From positions 1-64,000 of the IMG/VR virus record IMGVR_UViG_3300037466_002724: 64,000 bases of DNA; one strand, given 5' to 3'. Below the pieces are notes generated by a model. It was not told where the DNA came from. It saw nothing but the letters and a program-made list of their open reading frames with translations, and did not search any database. Below are positions 19,235 through 30,400 of this stretch, piece after piece. Origin of the DNA: a virus. The translations under genes and the position numbers were made by a program. The stretch's first letter is position 1, and each line of letters starts with the position of its first letter.

Positions 19235-20850
19235 CGGCAGCACCGAAGAAACCCGAGCCGCAGCCGAACCCGGACGTCTGCAAGGGCGACCACGTGTATT
19301 TCCGCCATGGGTCGGGCCCGTGCGCGGCGGAGGTGCTGGCCACCGGCCGCCACGGGATCACTGTGCGCCACGAGGGCAAGCACCACAAGGTGCGCTGGGA
19401 GCACGTGCTCGGCCACAAGAGCCGGAAGTCGCAAAAGTATGAAGTCCTCGATGAGGGCGAGGATGGGCTGATCGTTCAGGATGAGGACGGCCAGCGTCGA
19501 TACATCACTGTGCCTCCCGAGGCACGCGGAGAGAAAATGGTACTGGGGAAAGCATTCGGCGCCGGCCGCATGGTCATCTTCGCCAAGAGCGGCCCGATCG
19601 CCAACAAGCCGGGCCTGACGCTGAAAGAGGGCACCGACAAGACAGGGCGCCGCGCCAAGCACTGGGTGCGCACGAATAAGGAGCTACCCAGCGGTGACCA
19701 GGGCGGCGCTCCGGAGGCTGGTGCCGAGCATGGCTACGGCACGCACAACCTGCAGCCTGGCGACACCGTGTCGTTCAAGAATGGCGAGCACGAGGGCGAG
19801 GGCAAGATCCATACGATCGGCGAGCACGGCGCCGTGGTGCACGATGACGCTGGCGGCGAGCACCGCGTGCTGCACGCTCATATCACCGGTCATAAGCCTG
19901 CGGCTGGTACGAAGAAACCGGATGTCGGCGCTACCGTGCGCGGCAGCCAGGAGCAGGTCCCGGCCGACACGTTCAAGGCATCCGACTACGCCAAGGAGCA
20001 CGACGATGCCGAAGTGACGCCGGAATCCATCTTGAAAGGCTTCCCGCCGGACACCGCGGACAAGATCGCTGACGTGCAGAAGCGCCTGGCATCAATTGAG
20101 CAGACCATCGACCTGCACAAGAAGGACGGCAAGTACAGCGAGGAACGCGACAAGCTGCACTTCAAGATCATCAGCTCGATACTGTCGCCTGAGCGTATAA
20201 AGGCGGCGACGCCTGCGGAGGGGGACGCTCCGACTTTCACGGTGCTGGGTGGCCGCGGTGGCTCTGGCAAAAGCTGGTTCGAGGGCAACGTGTACGATCC
20301 CGACAAGGCGATCGTGCTCGACGCCGACCACATTAAGGGCATGCTGCCAGAGTATGAAGGCTGGAACGCGGCGCAGGTGCACGAGGAGTCTGGCGACATC
20401 TTCGACGAGATCACCCTGATGTGCGCGCACCTGGGCCTGAACGTGGTCCACGACAAGACCATGAAAACGGCCAAGACCACTCTGGCCGACCTGGACAAGT
20501 TCAAGGAGCTTGGTTACCGCACCGAGGCGCATTACATGCACCTGCCGCGCCAGGAAGCCGCCAAGCGCGCCGTGTCCCGGTTCCTGGGCAAGACCCAGCG
20601 GTATGTGCCGGTGGAGGTGGTGCTGTCGAACACGACCAACGAGTCAACGTTTGACGAGGTCCGCAAGCATGTGGACAAGTGGTCATTCCGCGACAATAAC
20701 GTGCCGCAGGGCAGCGATCCGATCCTGATTTCGGAAAGCGGTAACCAGGACAGCAGCGGCGACGACACGAAACCGGCCGCAAGTCAAGAAAAAACATTGA
20801 CCAAATCTGAGCAAAGGACGATACTGTTCACATGGAAACCAAAGACGTGA
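19231..20850 (+). CDS. Multidomain protein with C-terminal zeta-toxin-like P-loop kinase
   Basis: VLGGRGGSGKS, VLDADHIK and VHEES motifs; two N-terminal SH3/KOW-like beta modules. Confidence 0.75.
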   Translation: MTAAPKKPEPQPNPDVCKGDHVYFRHGSGPCAAEVLATGRHGITVRHEGKHHKVRWEHVLGHKSRKSQKYEVLDEGEDGLIVQDEDGQRRYITVPPEARGEKMVLGKAFGAGRMVIFAKSGPIANKPGLTLKEGTDKTGRRAKHWVRTNKELPSGDQGGAPEAGAEHGYGTHNLQPGDTVSFKNGEHEGEGKIHTIGEHGAVVHDDAGGEHRVLHAHITGHKPAAGTKKPDVGATVRGSQEQVPADTFKASDYAKEHDDAEVTPESILKGFPPDTADKIADVQKRLASIEQTIDLHKKDGKYSEERDKLHFKIISSILSPERIKAATPAEGDAPTFTVLGGRGGSGKSWFEGNVYDPDKAIVLDADHIKGMLPEYEGWNAAQVHEESGDIFDEITLMCAHLGLNVVHDKTMKTAKTTLADLDKFKELGYRTEAHYMHLPRQEAAKRAVSRFLGKTQRYVPVEVVLSNTTNESTFDEVRKHVDKWSFRDNNVPQGSDPILISESGNQDSSGDDTKPAASQEKTLTKSEQRTILFTWKPKT

Positions 20851-21017
20851 AAAAGACGATCCCGAGTCCCGAGCAGCGGCCGGATCTGTACGACGACTTC
20901 GACGGGATCGAGCGGCCCGAAGGCCAGCCGACCGGCGTGAAGACGCCCGACTACATCCAGAAGCTGATCGCCGAGCGCGGGCAGCGGAAGCCGCCGGCGG
21001 CTGACCAGAACAAGTGA
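20832..21017 (+). CDS. Small protein overlapping the zeta-like gene (possible partner/antitoxin)
   Basis: 61-aa ORF overlapping the end of the previous gene; GC hairpin follows at ~21043-21058. Confidence 0.5.
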   Translation: METKDVKKTIPSPEQRPDLYDDFDGIERPEGQPTGVKTPDYIQKLIAERGQRKPPAADQNK

Positions 21018-21221
21018 TGGGAGCCCTGTAAGCCAGGACGCGGGCCGGCTTCGGCCGGGGTATTTCTCACCTTGTGCTCACATGGGTGCATGACCTGGCA
21101 TGAGCTGCGCAGCATCCAGCTTCGGGGCGACCCGTTGTAGTCGTATGGATGCAACGTTGGACACGAGAAATTGAGCAGAAGTAATACACCTGTACAAATT
21201 GTGGTACTATTCGCAAACGTT

Positions 21222-21306
21222 GGATGGGTAGTCCCGTAATGCAGCGGGGGCGGACTGTAAATCCGTTGCTTCGGCCCTGGGAGTTCAAGTCTCTCACCAT
21301 CCACCA
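21222..21306 (+). tRNA. tRNA-Tyr (GTA), atypical
   Basis: Acceptor GGATGG/CCATCC; anticodon arm GCGGA-CTGTAAA-TCCGT; long variable arm; T arm GGGAG-TTCAAGT-CTCTC; encoded CCA; upstream TGGTACTAT extended -10. Confidence 0.82.
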
Positions 21307-21563
21307 CATGCATGGCGATTGAGTGCAAACGCACCAGGGGCAAGAGGCCCGGTATCCATAGCTTGCCTGGCTAGGCCGGGTTCAGTCGCCAGCCGTGTGG
21401 TGAAGGGTCGGGATCCCCGGCCGCCACTCCAGAGGGGATGCCCGGAGCGAAACCGGGGTCTGCACAAACCTCGCCGGACGCTGTAACCGGCAAGAATTTC
21501 GCGCCACTTTCCAGATAGGACTGGGCGTAACGCGTAGCGGGAATGAAGAGCACCCGTCCTAAG

Positions 21564-21588
21564 ACCCGGCCATGTGCCGGGTTTTTTG
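21564..21588 (+). terminator. Rho-independent terminator
   Basis: ACCCGGC-catgt-GCCGGGT followed by a T-run; a late motif follows at 21591. Confidence 0.8.
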
Positions 21589-21634
21589 TTGTCGTGATCC
21601 TACCCTGAACCCATCCACTTAGGGGGAGTCGGTC

Positions 21635-21775
21635 ATGACCAAGCAGCCGAGCAAGCAGCAGGTCCGCGATTACATGCAGCAGCGCCAGCGCGAGCATCGT
21701 CCGCCGCCGACGCCCGATGATATCCGGCGCCAGCTGGGTTGGGGTCTGTTGCGGCCGGAGCGCGGCCGCCGGTAG
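21635..21775 (+). CDS. 46-aa small protein (not in ORF track)
   Basis: GGGGGAG RBS; MTKQPSKQQVRDYMQQRQREHRPPPTPDDIRRQLGWGLLRPERGRR; lies between two late motifs. Confidence 0.65.
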   Translation: MTKQPSKQQVRDYMQQRQREHRPPPTPDDIRRQLGWGLLRPERGRR

Positions 21776-21798
21776 CGTCGTGACCCTACGATCTCTGA

Positions 21799-22947
21799 AT
21801 GACCCTACTCATCGACATCGGCGCCTGCTGCGAGCATCACAGCAACGACGCGCTCGAGTACCTGCACAAAGCGATCGGCGAAGGCGGCCCGGACGACATC
21901 TGGCTGCCGCACCCATCGCCGCTGCTGCGCCGCCTGGTCGAACTCTTCACCCAGCGCGGGCTGATGCGCATCGAGGCATTCGTCAAGGAGGTGCAGGCCT
22001 GGCAGGAGGGCGAGCGGCACCGGCCCGGCAACCGCCCGGCGCGCCCTGACGGCTACATGGAACGCTGGACCGAGGGCGAGCTCAAGCTGGTCAAGCTGTA
22101 CCTGGAGACGCTGCCACCGGACGAGTTCACGATCGACGACCACATGCTCGTGGTGGACTACCTGGCGCAGCGATACCTATCGCCCGAGGACCTGCGGACA
22201 GAGGCCGAATGGCTGGCGGTGCGCTCGACGCTCATGGGCCGCGTGCAGGCGAACATGGACCGGGTCACCGAACGCCAGGCCGACGCGATCCTGGCCGCGA
22301 TGCCGAACACGGTCGACCAGGCCGAGCACCAGTTCAAGCTGTCGCCGGTGCAGCGCGCCGTCATGGAGTTCGGCCGCGCGCGCGCCGCGGAGAACGTGAC
22401 CTCGATGACGGCGCTCCAGCGCCACCGGGTCAAGCGGATCGTCATGCGCCACCAGGAGGCTAAGGCGATGGGCGACATGTCGGGCCCGTCGCTGCAATCG
22501 GACCTGCTCGACGCCATGGGCGAGATGAACCGCGACTGGCGCAGGATCGCGGTGACTGAGGCAGGCGAATGCCAGAACCAGGGCTACGTCGCATCGCTCA
22601 CGCCCGGCACCAAGGTACGCCGGCTCGAGCAGTACCGCGGCGCGTGCCCGTTCTGCCGGAAGATCGACGGCAAGGTCATGGAGGTCGTCGATGCCGGCGC
22701 GCCAGACAAGGACGGCGAGACCCAAATTTGGGTCGGCAAGACCAACGTCGGGCGTTCGGCCGCGCCGCGGCGCCGGCAGGGCGGGGTGCTGATTGAACGC
22801 GAGCCAGCCGAGATGTGGTGGGTCCCTGCTGGCGTGGTTCATCCGCACTGCCGAGGATCATGGTTGCCGATGATCGAGGACAGAACGGGCGACGACGCCG
22901 ACTTTGGAAGCTGGCTTCGCGACACGCTGGGGAAGAAGGAGAAATGA
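21799..22947 (+). CDS. Head morphogenesis protein (MuF/SPP1 gp7-like)
   Basis: RIAVTEA...ACPFCRKIDGK...HPHCRG motifs; position after portal. Confidence 0.8.
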   Translation: MTLLIDIGACCEHHSNDALEYLHKAIGEGGPDDIWLPHPSPLLRRLVELFTQRGLMRIEAFVKEVQAWQEGERHRPGNRPARPDGYMERWTEGELKLVKLYLETLPPDEFTIDDHMLVVDYLAQRYLSPEDLRTEAEWLAVRSTLMGRVQANMDRVTERQADAILAAMPNTVDQAEHQFKLSPVQRAVMEFGRARAAENVTSMTALQRHRVKRIVMRHQEAKAMGDMSGPSLQSDLLDAMGEMNRDWRRIAVTEAGECQNQGYVASLTPGTKVRRLEQYRGACPFCRKIDGKVMEVVDAGAPDKDGETQIWVGKTNVGRSAAPRRRQGGVLIEREPAEMWWVPAGVVHPHCRGSWLPMIEDRTGDDADFGSWLRDTLGKKEK

Positions 22948-23327
22948 TGGGGCAACTTTCGACGAAGTTACGGGGCTGGGATAGCGGTGGGCAGCAGGGG
23001 CTCACGTTTTTCTGCCCGGGGTGCAATAGAGCACACACGATCAAGACCAGTCCCGACGGCTGGGGCTGGAACGGCGACGTCGAGCGGCCGACATTCACGC
23101 CGTCGGTGCTGGTCACCGGCCGGGATTTCACGCCAGCCGGCCAGGCTGAGTACGATGCGTGGTATGAAGCTGGCTGCCCGCCTCTCAACGGCAAACAGTT
23201 CGAGTCGGCTCCTTCGGTCTGCCACTCGTTCGTGACCGACGGCCAGATCCAGTTCCTGGACGACTCCACTCATGCGCTCGCCGGCCAGACCGTGCCGCTG
23301 GCCGACTTTCCGGTCTACTACCAGTGA
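22944..23327 (+). CDS. DUF6527-like zinc-binding protein
   Basis: FFCPGC..H...WGWNGDVERPTFTPSVL...CHSFVTDGQIQFL; ATG overlaps the previous stop. Confidence 0.7.
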   Translation: MMGQLSTKLRGWDSGGQQGLTFFCPGCNRAHTIKTSPDGWGWNGDVERPTFTPSVLVTGRDFTPAGQAEYDAWYEAGCPPLNGKQFESAPSVCHSFVTDGQIQFLDDSTHALAGQTVPLADFPVYYQ

Positions 23328-23334
23328 ACTCGAA

Positions 23335-23871
23335 TCACACGAGGCCGCGCCGCCTCAGTCCAAATCGGATCGCCGTTGCAGAGCAGCCAAAGTGAGCAGC
23401 TATCTTTTTCCAAGCCCAGCCTTGTTCGCGCAGCTTCAAGGTCTCTTCCACGTTCCATTTTGGTTCGTAGTAGTCGCGTTTGTTAGCTGTCGATATACCT
23501 CTGACCCTGAACGCCTTGAGGACAGTATGGGGAGCAACCCCGTATTTGTCGGCAATCTGCTCGATTGTCCATCCCTGCTCACGCAGCTTTTCGCCCTCGT
23601 CACATGGCCATTTTCTGGTGCCCATCAGGTGAATGCGCTGATGTTCGCGCGCAGTTACTACCTCAAGGTTCTCCAGTGCGTTGTTGAGCCCGTTGTGGTC
23701 CTTGTGATGAACATGCTCGGTCGTCAGGAGCTTGCGCCCGAGGTGCTGCTCCATGATGTGCCGGTGCTCCAGCACCTGTTTGCTTTTGCCGTCAACTTTG
23801 ACCCGCACGAGTCTGTAGCGTGCGGAACCGCCTAACCGGCGCACGTGTCCGCCTAGATTTGGTCGTCCCAT
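23335..23871 (-). CDS. HNH homing endonuclease with C-terminal HTH repeats
   Basis: EHRHIMEQHLGRKL...EHVHHKDHNGLNNALENLEV; lower GC; antisense within the late region. Confidence 0.85.
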   Translation of the reverse strand: MGRPNLGGHVRRLGGSARYRLVRVKVDGKSKQVLEHRHIMEQHLGRKLLTTEHVHHKDHNGLNNALENLEVVTAREHQRIHLMGTRKWPCDEGEKLREQGWTIEQIADKYGVAPHTVLKAFRVRGISTANKRDYYEPKWNVEETLKLREQGWAWKKIAAHFGCSATAIRFGLRRRGLV

Positions 23872-24397
23872 GATTATTCTGAAGAGTAATGGAAAGCCTA
23901 TTGTACACTCATCTTCAAAAGCGGTGATGAGCCCGTCTGAAAAACAGATCGAAGCAGGTAACTACAAGAAGCGGCGAATTCCGTGGCATGGCCTAGAAAT
24001 CGCGGTAGAAAACGAGGCCGGCAGTGTTCGCAAGGGGCGCGGTTGGGAGACAAATATGCTGTATCCGTACGGTTATTTTTGCCGTTCGGAAGGCGTCGAC
24101 GGAGACGAGGTCGATGTTTATGTCGGCCCGGACCAGGATGCAAAGATGGTCTACGTTGTGCACCAACGAAAGGCTGGAGATTGGGACCGCTACGACGAAG
24201 ATAAAGTCATGGCGAATTTTTCCAGCGAGGCGGCCGCGCGCGAAGCGTACCTCAAGCACTACGACGACCCGCGGTTTCTGGGCCCGATCACCGCAATGCC
24301 GGTAGACGAATTCGTGCGTAAGGTGCGCGCCACCTACTACAAGCCGGCCATGATCAAAGCCGTCCTATTTTTGAGGAAGTCGGTTCTGGCGTCGTGA
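23870..24397 (+). CDS. Inorganic-pyrophosphatase-like (InPase) domain protein of the polyvalent-protein class
   Basis: AGNYKK...GLEIAVEN..GSVR...YGY...GVDGDEVDVYVGP...YDEDKVM. Confidence 0.75.
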   Translation: MIILKSNGKPIVHSSSKAVMSPSEKQIEAGNYKKRRIPWHGLEIAVENEAGSVRKGRGWETNMLYPYGYFCRSEGVDGDEVDVYVGPDQDAKMVYVVHQRKAGDWDRYDEDKVMANFSSEAAAREAYLKHYDDPRFLGPITAMPVDEFVRKVRATYYKPAMIKAVLFLRKSVLAS

Positions 24398-24434
24398 CCG
24401 GATCATAGAGGCTGACCCATCAAGCGGCGCCTCT

Positions 24435-27400
24435 ATGATCATCCTCTTCCGCAAGTCTCAACTCGCCCTGTTTGACGCGCCCGTGCACGTGGCGGCATCG
24501 GTGCGCAAGGACGGCACCGTCGTCAAGCCGCACATCCGCATCCAGAAGGTCGCGATAAAGCCGACGGCAGCCAAGCCGGTGCAGCTGTCGATCTTCGACG
24601 CGCCGCAGGCGGACGCCAAGCCGATCGTCATAAAGCCGCACACGCTGGACCTGTTCGCGCCGGAGGACCTGCCGGCGCCGCGCGACGACAGCGCCGAGAA
24701 GCTGGAGGCCCTGAGCAAGCGGGTCGGCCGCTACGCATCGGGGATGTCGCGTGCCCGCGACTTCACGGCCGCCAGTTTCGCCGGGCACCCGGTCGGTGTC
24801 GATGTCGGCCAGCTGTCGGGCCCAGCCATGGAGGCGCTGGCCGATGCAGTGGTCAACCGCCATACACCGGTTTTTATCGACTCCGGCGCCTACAGCCTGT
24901 TCCGCGCGCGCGAAAAGCGCCTGGCGGCCGGCGAAGAGGTCGAGCCGCTGGACTTCCACCAGGTGCTGGACCGCTATGACCAGTTCACGGACCTGATCGG
25001 CGAGAAGAACGAGGCCGAGGAATCTCTACCAAAGCCGATCCTGGTGATGCCGGACGTGATGGGCGACCAGGCCGGCTCGCTGGCCGAGCTGAAAAAGCAC
25101 GCGAAGTGGATCAACGTCGAGTGCAGCTTCGATGTGGCGCGCCCGCTGGTGCCGATGCCCAAGGGCGACATGAGCCTGACGGCCTACTATGACGCCGCGG
25201 TCGCCGCGATCGGCACGGATCGCTTCATCGTCGGGATCCCGGCCGTCAGCGGGGCGTGGACGCCAGAGCAGGTCACCGCGTTCCTGAAAGAGCGCAAGCC
25301 GCGCGCGGTCCACTTCCTGGGCGCGCTGCACGACAGCCGCCTGACGAAATGGCTGCAGGCCACGGTCGCCGCCGGCGTGTCGGACGAGATCGAGGTCACG
25401 GCCGACGCCTGCCCGCTCAAGAGCGCGATCGTGCCGCGCGACGGCTCCAAGCAGACCGGCGAAGAACGCGCCGCGAAGATCGTCGACAAGCTGGGCATGC
25501 GCGCGCGCACCAAGGAGCTCGAGAACGTCATAGCGCATTACGGCGGCGCCGAGGGCGTACGCGAGATGCTGGCCGAGGCCAGCTTCGAGGACCAGCAGCG
25601 GTTCATCGGCCTGATCTCCGATCTGTCCGGCAAGCCGCAGACCGAAGTGCGTACCGAGTACGGCCTGGGCGAGGGCCCGGTTGAGGGCGACACCAAGACC
25701 GAGGACGGCGTCGAGTACGTGCTGCGCAACGGCCGCTGGCACCGCGCCAGCCCGGAACAGGCCTCGGCGCCTGCGCCGGCAACAGCCGGTATCCCGGGCA
25801 GCGAGCGTCTGCTGCTAGTGGCGTGCGGCGGCAAGAAGCAGACCGGTGCCCACCCGGCCCGCGAGTTGTACACCGGCGCGCTGGGCGGGGTGATGAAGAA
25901 GTGGATGCCGGCCGGCGCGGCGCGCCCGGACGTGCACATCATCTCGGCCAAGCATGGCCTGGTGCACGGCGACACCGTCATCGAATCGTACGACCAGCGC
26001 ATGACGCCGGCGCGCGCGAAGGAGCTGGCGGCGCAACCGCTCGACCTGGCGGCCTTCAAGGGCAAGCGGTACCGCGACGTGTTCATCGCCGGCGGCGCCG
26101 ACTACCGCGAGGTGGCCGATGCCTATGTCCAGCAGCTGCGCGACGCCGGCGTGATCGCGCCGGATGCGACCGTGAACGCCACCAGCGGCGGCATCGGCGA
26201 GATCCGCGGCCAGCTGGGTGCGTACCTGCGGTCGATCGGCGATGAAAACGGTATAAACGATGTAAACGAAGTAAATCGTATAAACGGTATAAACGAAATA
26301 AACAGTATAAACCGTATAAATGAAATAAACGGTATAAACAATAACAACCAGGACGACACGTTCGGCGTTGCCGCCGGCACCAGCAAGGCGCGCCGCCGCG
26401 AGATCAACGCCGCGGTGATTGCCGAGCTGGAGGCAGACCGCCCAGACCCGGCGCTGCTCCGCCAGTACAGCGGCAACGGCGGCTGCGGTGACAGCCTGAA
26501 CGAGTTCTACACCGACCCGGGCGTCGCGCGCGCCATGTGGACGGCGCTGGGCAATCTGGGGTTCACCACGGGGACCGCGCTCGAGCCGTCGTGCGCCACC
26601 GGCGTGTTCCTGCACACCGCGCCCGATGGCGTGAAGGTCACCGGCGTCGAGCTCGACCCGGTCAGCGCCAAGGTGGCGCACGTGCTGCACGGTACGCGTC
26701 ACGAGATCATGACGGCCTCGTTCGAGCGGTTCGCCACCATGGACGACCGCCAGTTCGACGTGGTGATCGGCAACCCGCCGTACGGCCCGCGCGGCAAGCT
26801 CGCCAAGGACGACAAGAAATATATGTCGACCTGCGAGCAGTATTTCACCGACACGGCGCTCGACAAGTGCAAGCCGGGCGGACTGGTGGCGCTGGTGGTG
26901 CCAACTGGGATCATGGACGGTAAGAACAACCGATCCCTGCGCGCCGACATCCTGCGCAAGGGCGAGTTCCTGGGCGCCATGCGCATGCCGAATACGGCAT
27001 TCGAGCACTCGCACACCGAGGTGACCACGGACGTGGTTTTTCTGCGCAAGCGGCCGGACGATGTCGCCGGCGCGCTGGGCCCGCTAGACGACGAGCAGCG
27101 GCGCGCGCTGGGCGTGTGGGATGAGGAGTTCCTGGCCGGATCGTATTTCACCGGCCGCGGCGCGCACAACGTGCTGGGCACGATGACCGAGGGCTGGCGC
27201 GCGAAGGCCGGCATGGGTAACGACATTACGGTGGAGGGCTCGATGATCGGCGTCGCCGACGCGATCGCCGCGTTCCGGCCGGATTCGGTGGGCGTGGCTG
27301 CTGCTGACCTGACCGTTCCGCAGATCCTGGACAGCCTGCCGAACGACCACATGCGCGAGCGCGCCACCAATGGCGCGGCGCGCCGGCCGTACCAGAACAC

Positions 27401-30400
27401 GGCCAAGGTGGGTGACACCCGCACCGTGGACGGCGTTACCTATGTACTCCAGGGCGAGCCGCCGCGCTGGCACCGCGTCGACGAGTTCATGGCAGGGCCG
27501 GCCATTACCGAGGCAACCGAGCTCGCGCAAGAGATTGACGGGCTGTTCAACGGCCGAGCGGTGGACCGTCCGGCGCTCGAGGCAGCCGTACGCGCGTACG
27601 TCGCGAAATACGGCATCCCGGCCGACAACCCGGAGCTGATGACGGCGGCGAGCGTGGACAAGACGCTGTACCGCCTGGTCGGCGCCGTGAACCGCAATGG
27701 CGAGCTGTCGGACGTGGTGCTGGGCCGAGGCACGCGCAAGGTCGATGGTGGCTTCGACACTACCGCGCAGGTGCTGGCGCTGACCAGTGGCGAGTTCTCC
27801 TCTGCCGACCTGGCCGAGCGACTGGACCGGCCGGCCGACGAGGTCGAGGAGCAGTTGGCGGCCGACAGCCGCTACGCCTACCTCGGCGGCGACCGCTGGA
27901 CCACGATGGACGCCTACCTAACCGGCGAGCTCTGGCCCAAGCTGGACGCCGCGCGCGCGGCGCTGGCCGCTGGCGGCGATCTGCGCACCAAGCTCGAGGC
28001 GCAGGTCGCGGCACTGGAGAAGGCGATCGACCCGAAGGCGCTCGACGACGTCGATTTCCAGCTGAACAGCGCGTTCCTGCCGCTCGACGTGGTGGCCGCG
28101 TTCTTCACCTGGCGCGACCACGAGGGCCCGCATGCGAACGACTGGACCAAGAAGCAGCAGCCGATGGCGATCACGTTCGCCGGCGGCATCTACACCGTCA
28201 CCGGCGGCAACCAGTACGGTGATGCCAAGCTGCTCGACAAGTATCTGAACCGCTCCGGCATCCGCAAGGAAGAGGACCTGCCCAAGGTCGAGGCGCTGAA
28301 CGCCGAGTTCAAGGAGTGGCTGTGCGGTTCGCCGTACCGCGACCAGGTCGAGGACCTGTACAACCGCAAGTTCCGCGGCTACGTGGCGCCGGAATACTCC
28401 GATGAGCCTATGGACGTGCCGGGCCTGAACCCGGACCGCAGTGTGCGCAACTGGCGCTGGTCGAGCCTGCGCCGCTCGCTGGCGCAGGGCAAGGGCATCG
28501 TCGCGGACGACGTCGGCCTGGGAAAGACGCTGGGCGGCCTGCTGCTGGCACGCATGGCGCGCGTGCAGGGCAGCGCCCAGAAGCCGATCATCGTCGTGCC
28601 CAAGTCGGTGCTGGCCAACTGGTACGCCGAATCGCAGGCCTGGTTCCCCGGCGCGCGCATGCTGACGATCGGCGCCGACTTCATGTCGAAGAACGGCGAG
28701 CTGGTCGGCAAGGACGACAGCGCGGCCGAGCGCAAGCGCAAGTACCACGACCTGACCCAGAACGACTACGATTTCATCATCATCAGCGAGCCGGCGTTCG
28801 AGGAGATCGATCTCGACCCGATCACCAAAGAGCAATATTACAGCCAAGACTTCTGGGTGCAGCGCGGCGAGGCCATGGGCAACGCCGGCGACAAGCGCCG
28901 CAAGGCGATCCGCGAGAAGTATGAGCAGGCGCTGGCCCAGCGCGAGTTCGCGGACCGAACCGACGCCATCTACTTCAACGATCTCGGCATCGACATGCTA
29001 ATCGCGGACGAGATGCACCACCAGAAGAACCTGTACGCGGCGCGCGCACGCTTCGGCGAGTCGCCCAAGTTCCTGGGCGGCCAGGGCCTGTCCAACCGCG
29101 CGCTGGACTTCAACCTGAAAACCCGCTGGGTGCGCGAGCAGAACGGTGGCAAGGGCGTGCACGGCCTGACGGCGACCCCGACCAAGAACAGCCCGCTCGA
29201 GATTTACTCGATGCTGTCGCACATCGCGCCCGAGGCCTTCGAGCGGATCGGCGTGCGCAACTCGGAAGAGTTCCTGGACCGGTTCTGCGAATTCCAGCAG
29301 GACAAGGTGCTGTCGACGGCCGGCGAGATCGAGGACGCGCTGGTCGTCTCCGGCTTCAAGAACCTGTCCGAGCTGCGCGAGATCATGGCGCGCTTCATCG
29401 ACCGCCGGACCGCGGAGCAGGTCGGGCTTGAGCTGCCGCAGCGTCAGGACCGGCTGCACCTGGTGGACATGAGCAGCGACCAGGAGGACGTCTACGCCGA
29501 GCTGCGCGCGCTGGCCGAGGAGTCGAGCGGCAAGAAGGACGCCACCGGCGACAGCCACATCTTCGCCATCATGGACAAGATGAACAAGGCCGCGCTCGAC
29601 CTGGCGCTGCTCGACCCGGCCAAGTACGCCGGCCGCATGAGCCCGAAATACAAGGAGCTCGCCCGGCAGGCCGCCGAGGGCAAGAAAGACGGCGCGCAGG
29701 TTATCTTCTCCGAATACATCGATTCCCACGAGAAGATCGCTGACGCGCTGGTGGCAGCCGGGTTCGACCGCAAGCGCATCGCGATCATCAACGCGCAGGT
29801 GGCCGGCTCGGCAGTGAAACGCCAGAACATTGCCGACGCGCTCAACGCGGGCAAGCTGGACGCCGTGATCGGCAACTGCACCATGGCCGAGGGCCTGAAC
29901 CTGCAGAAGAACACGACCGACGTGCACCACCTGGACATCCCATGGGAGCCGGCCACGCTCCAGCAGCGCAACGGCCGCGGCCTGCGCCAGGGCAATCACA
30001 ACGAGGCGGTCCGGATCCACTCGTACCTGTCCAAGGGCTCGTTCGACGGCTACCGCTACCAGGCAGTCGCAGCCAAGAAGGACTGGCAGGACCTGCTGTG
30101 GAATGGCGGTGACCGCGTCGAGAACCTGGCGCGCGAGGGCACGTTCTCGCTCGACGACATGCGCATCATGCTGGCGGCCGATCCGGAAGCGGCGCGTGCG
30201 GCGTTCGAGGCTGACAGAGCCGCGGCGCTGCAGCGGTACGAGGCCGGCCAGCGCACCGAGGCTGTCTCCGAGTTCGTTCGGTTTCAGGACATGAAACGCA
30301 GTTACGGCGCGCTCAAGAACAAGGGCAGCGCCAGCGCCACCCGCCTGCGCGACAAGATCGAGGCGGCCAAGGCCTCCCTGTTCCGCAACAAGTATTTCCC

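Noticed and set aside
23862-23877. GTCGTCC-N4-A-N3-T as a twentieth late motif
   Set aside because: Two mismatches in the otherwise invariant CGTGA and no in-frame ATG at 6-7 nt.
26247-26348. AAC-rich tract as a diversity-generating retroelement template
   Set aside because: No reverse transcriptase in the window and no second copy differing at adenines was seen.
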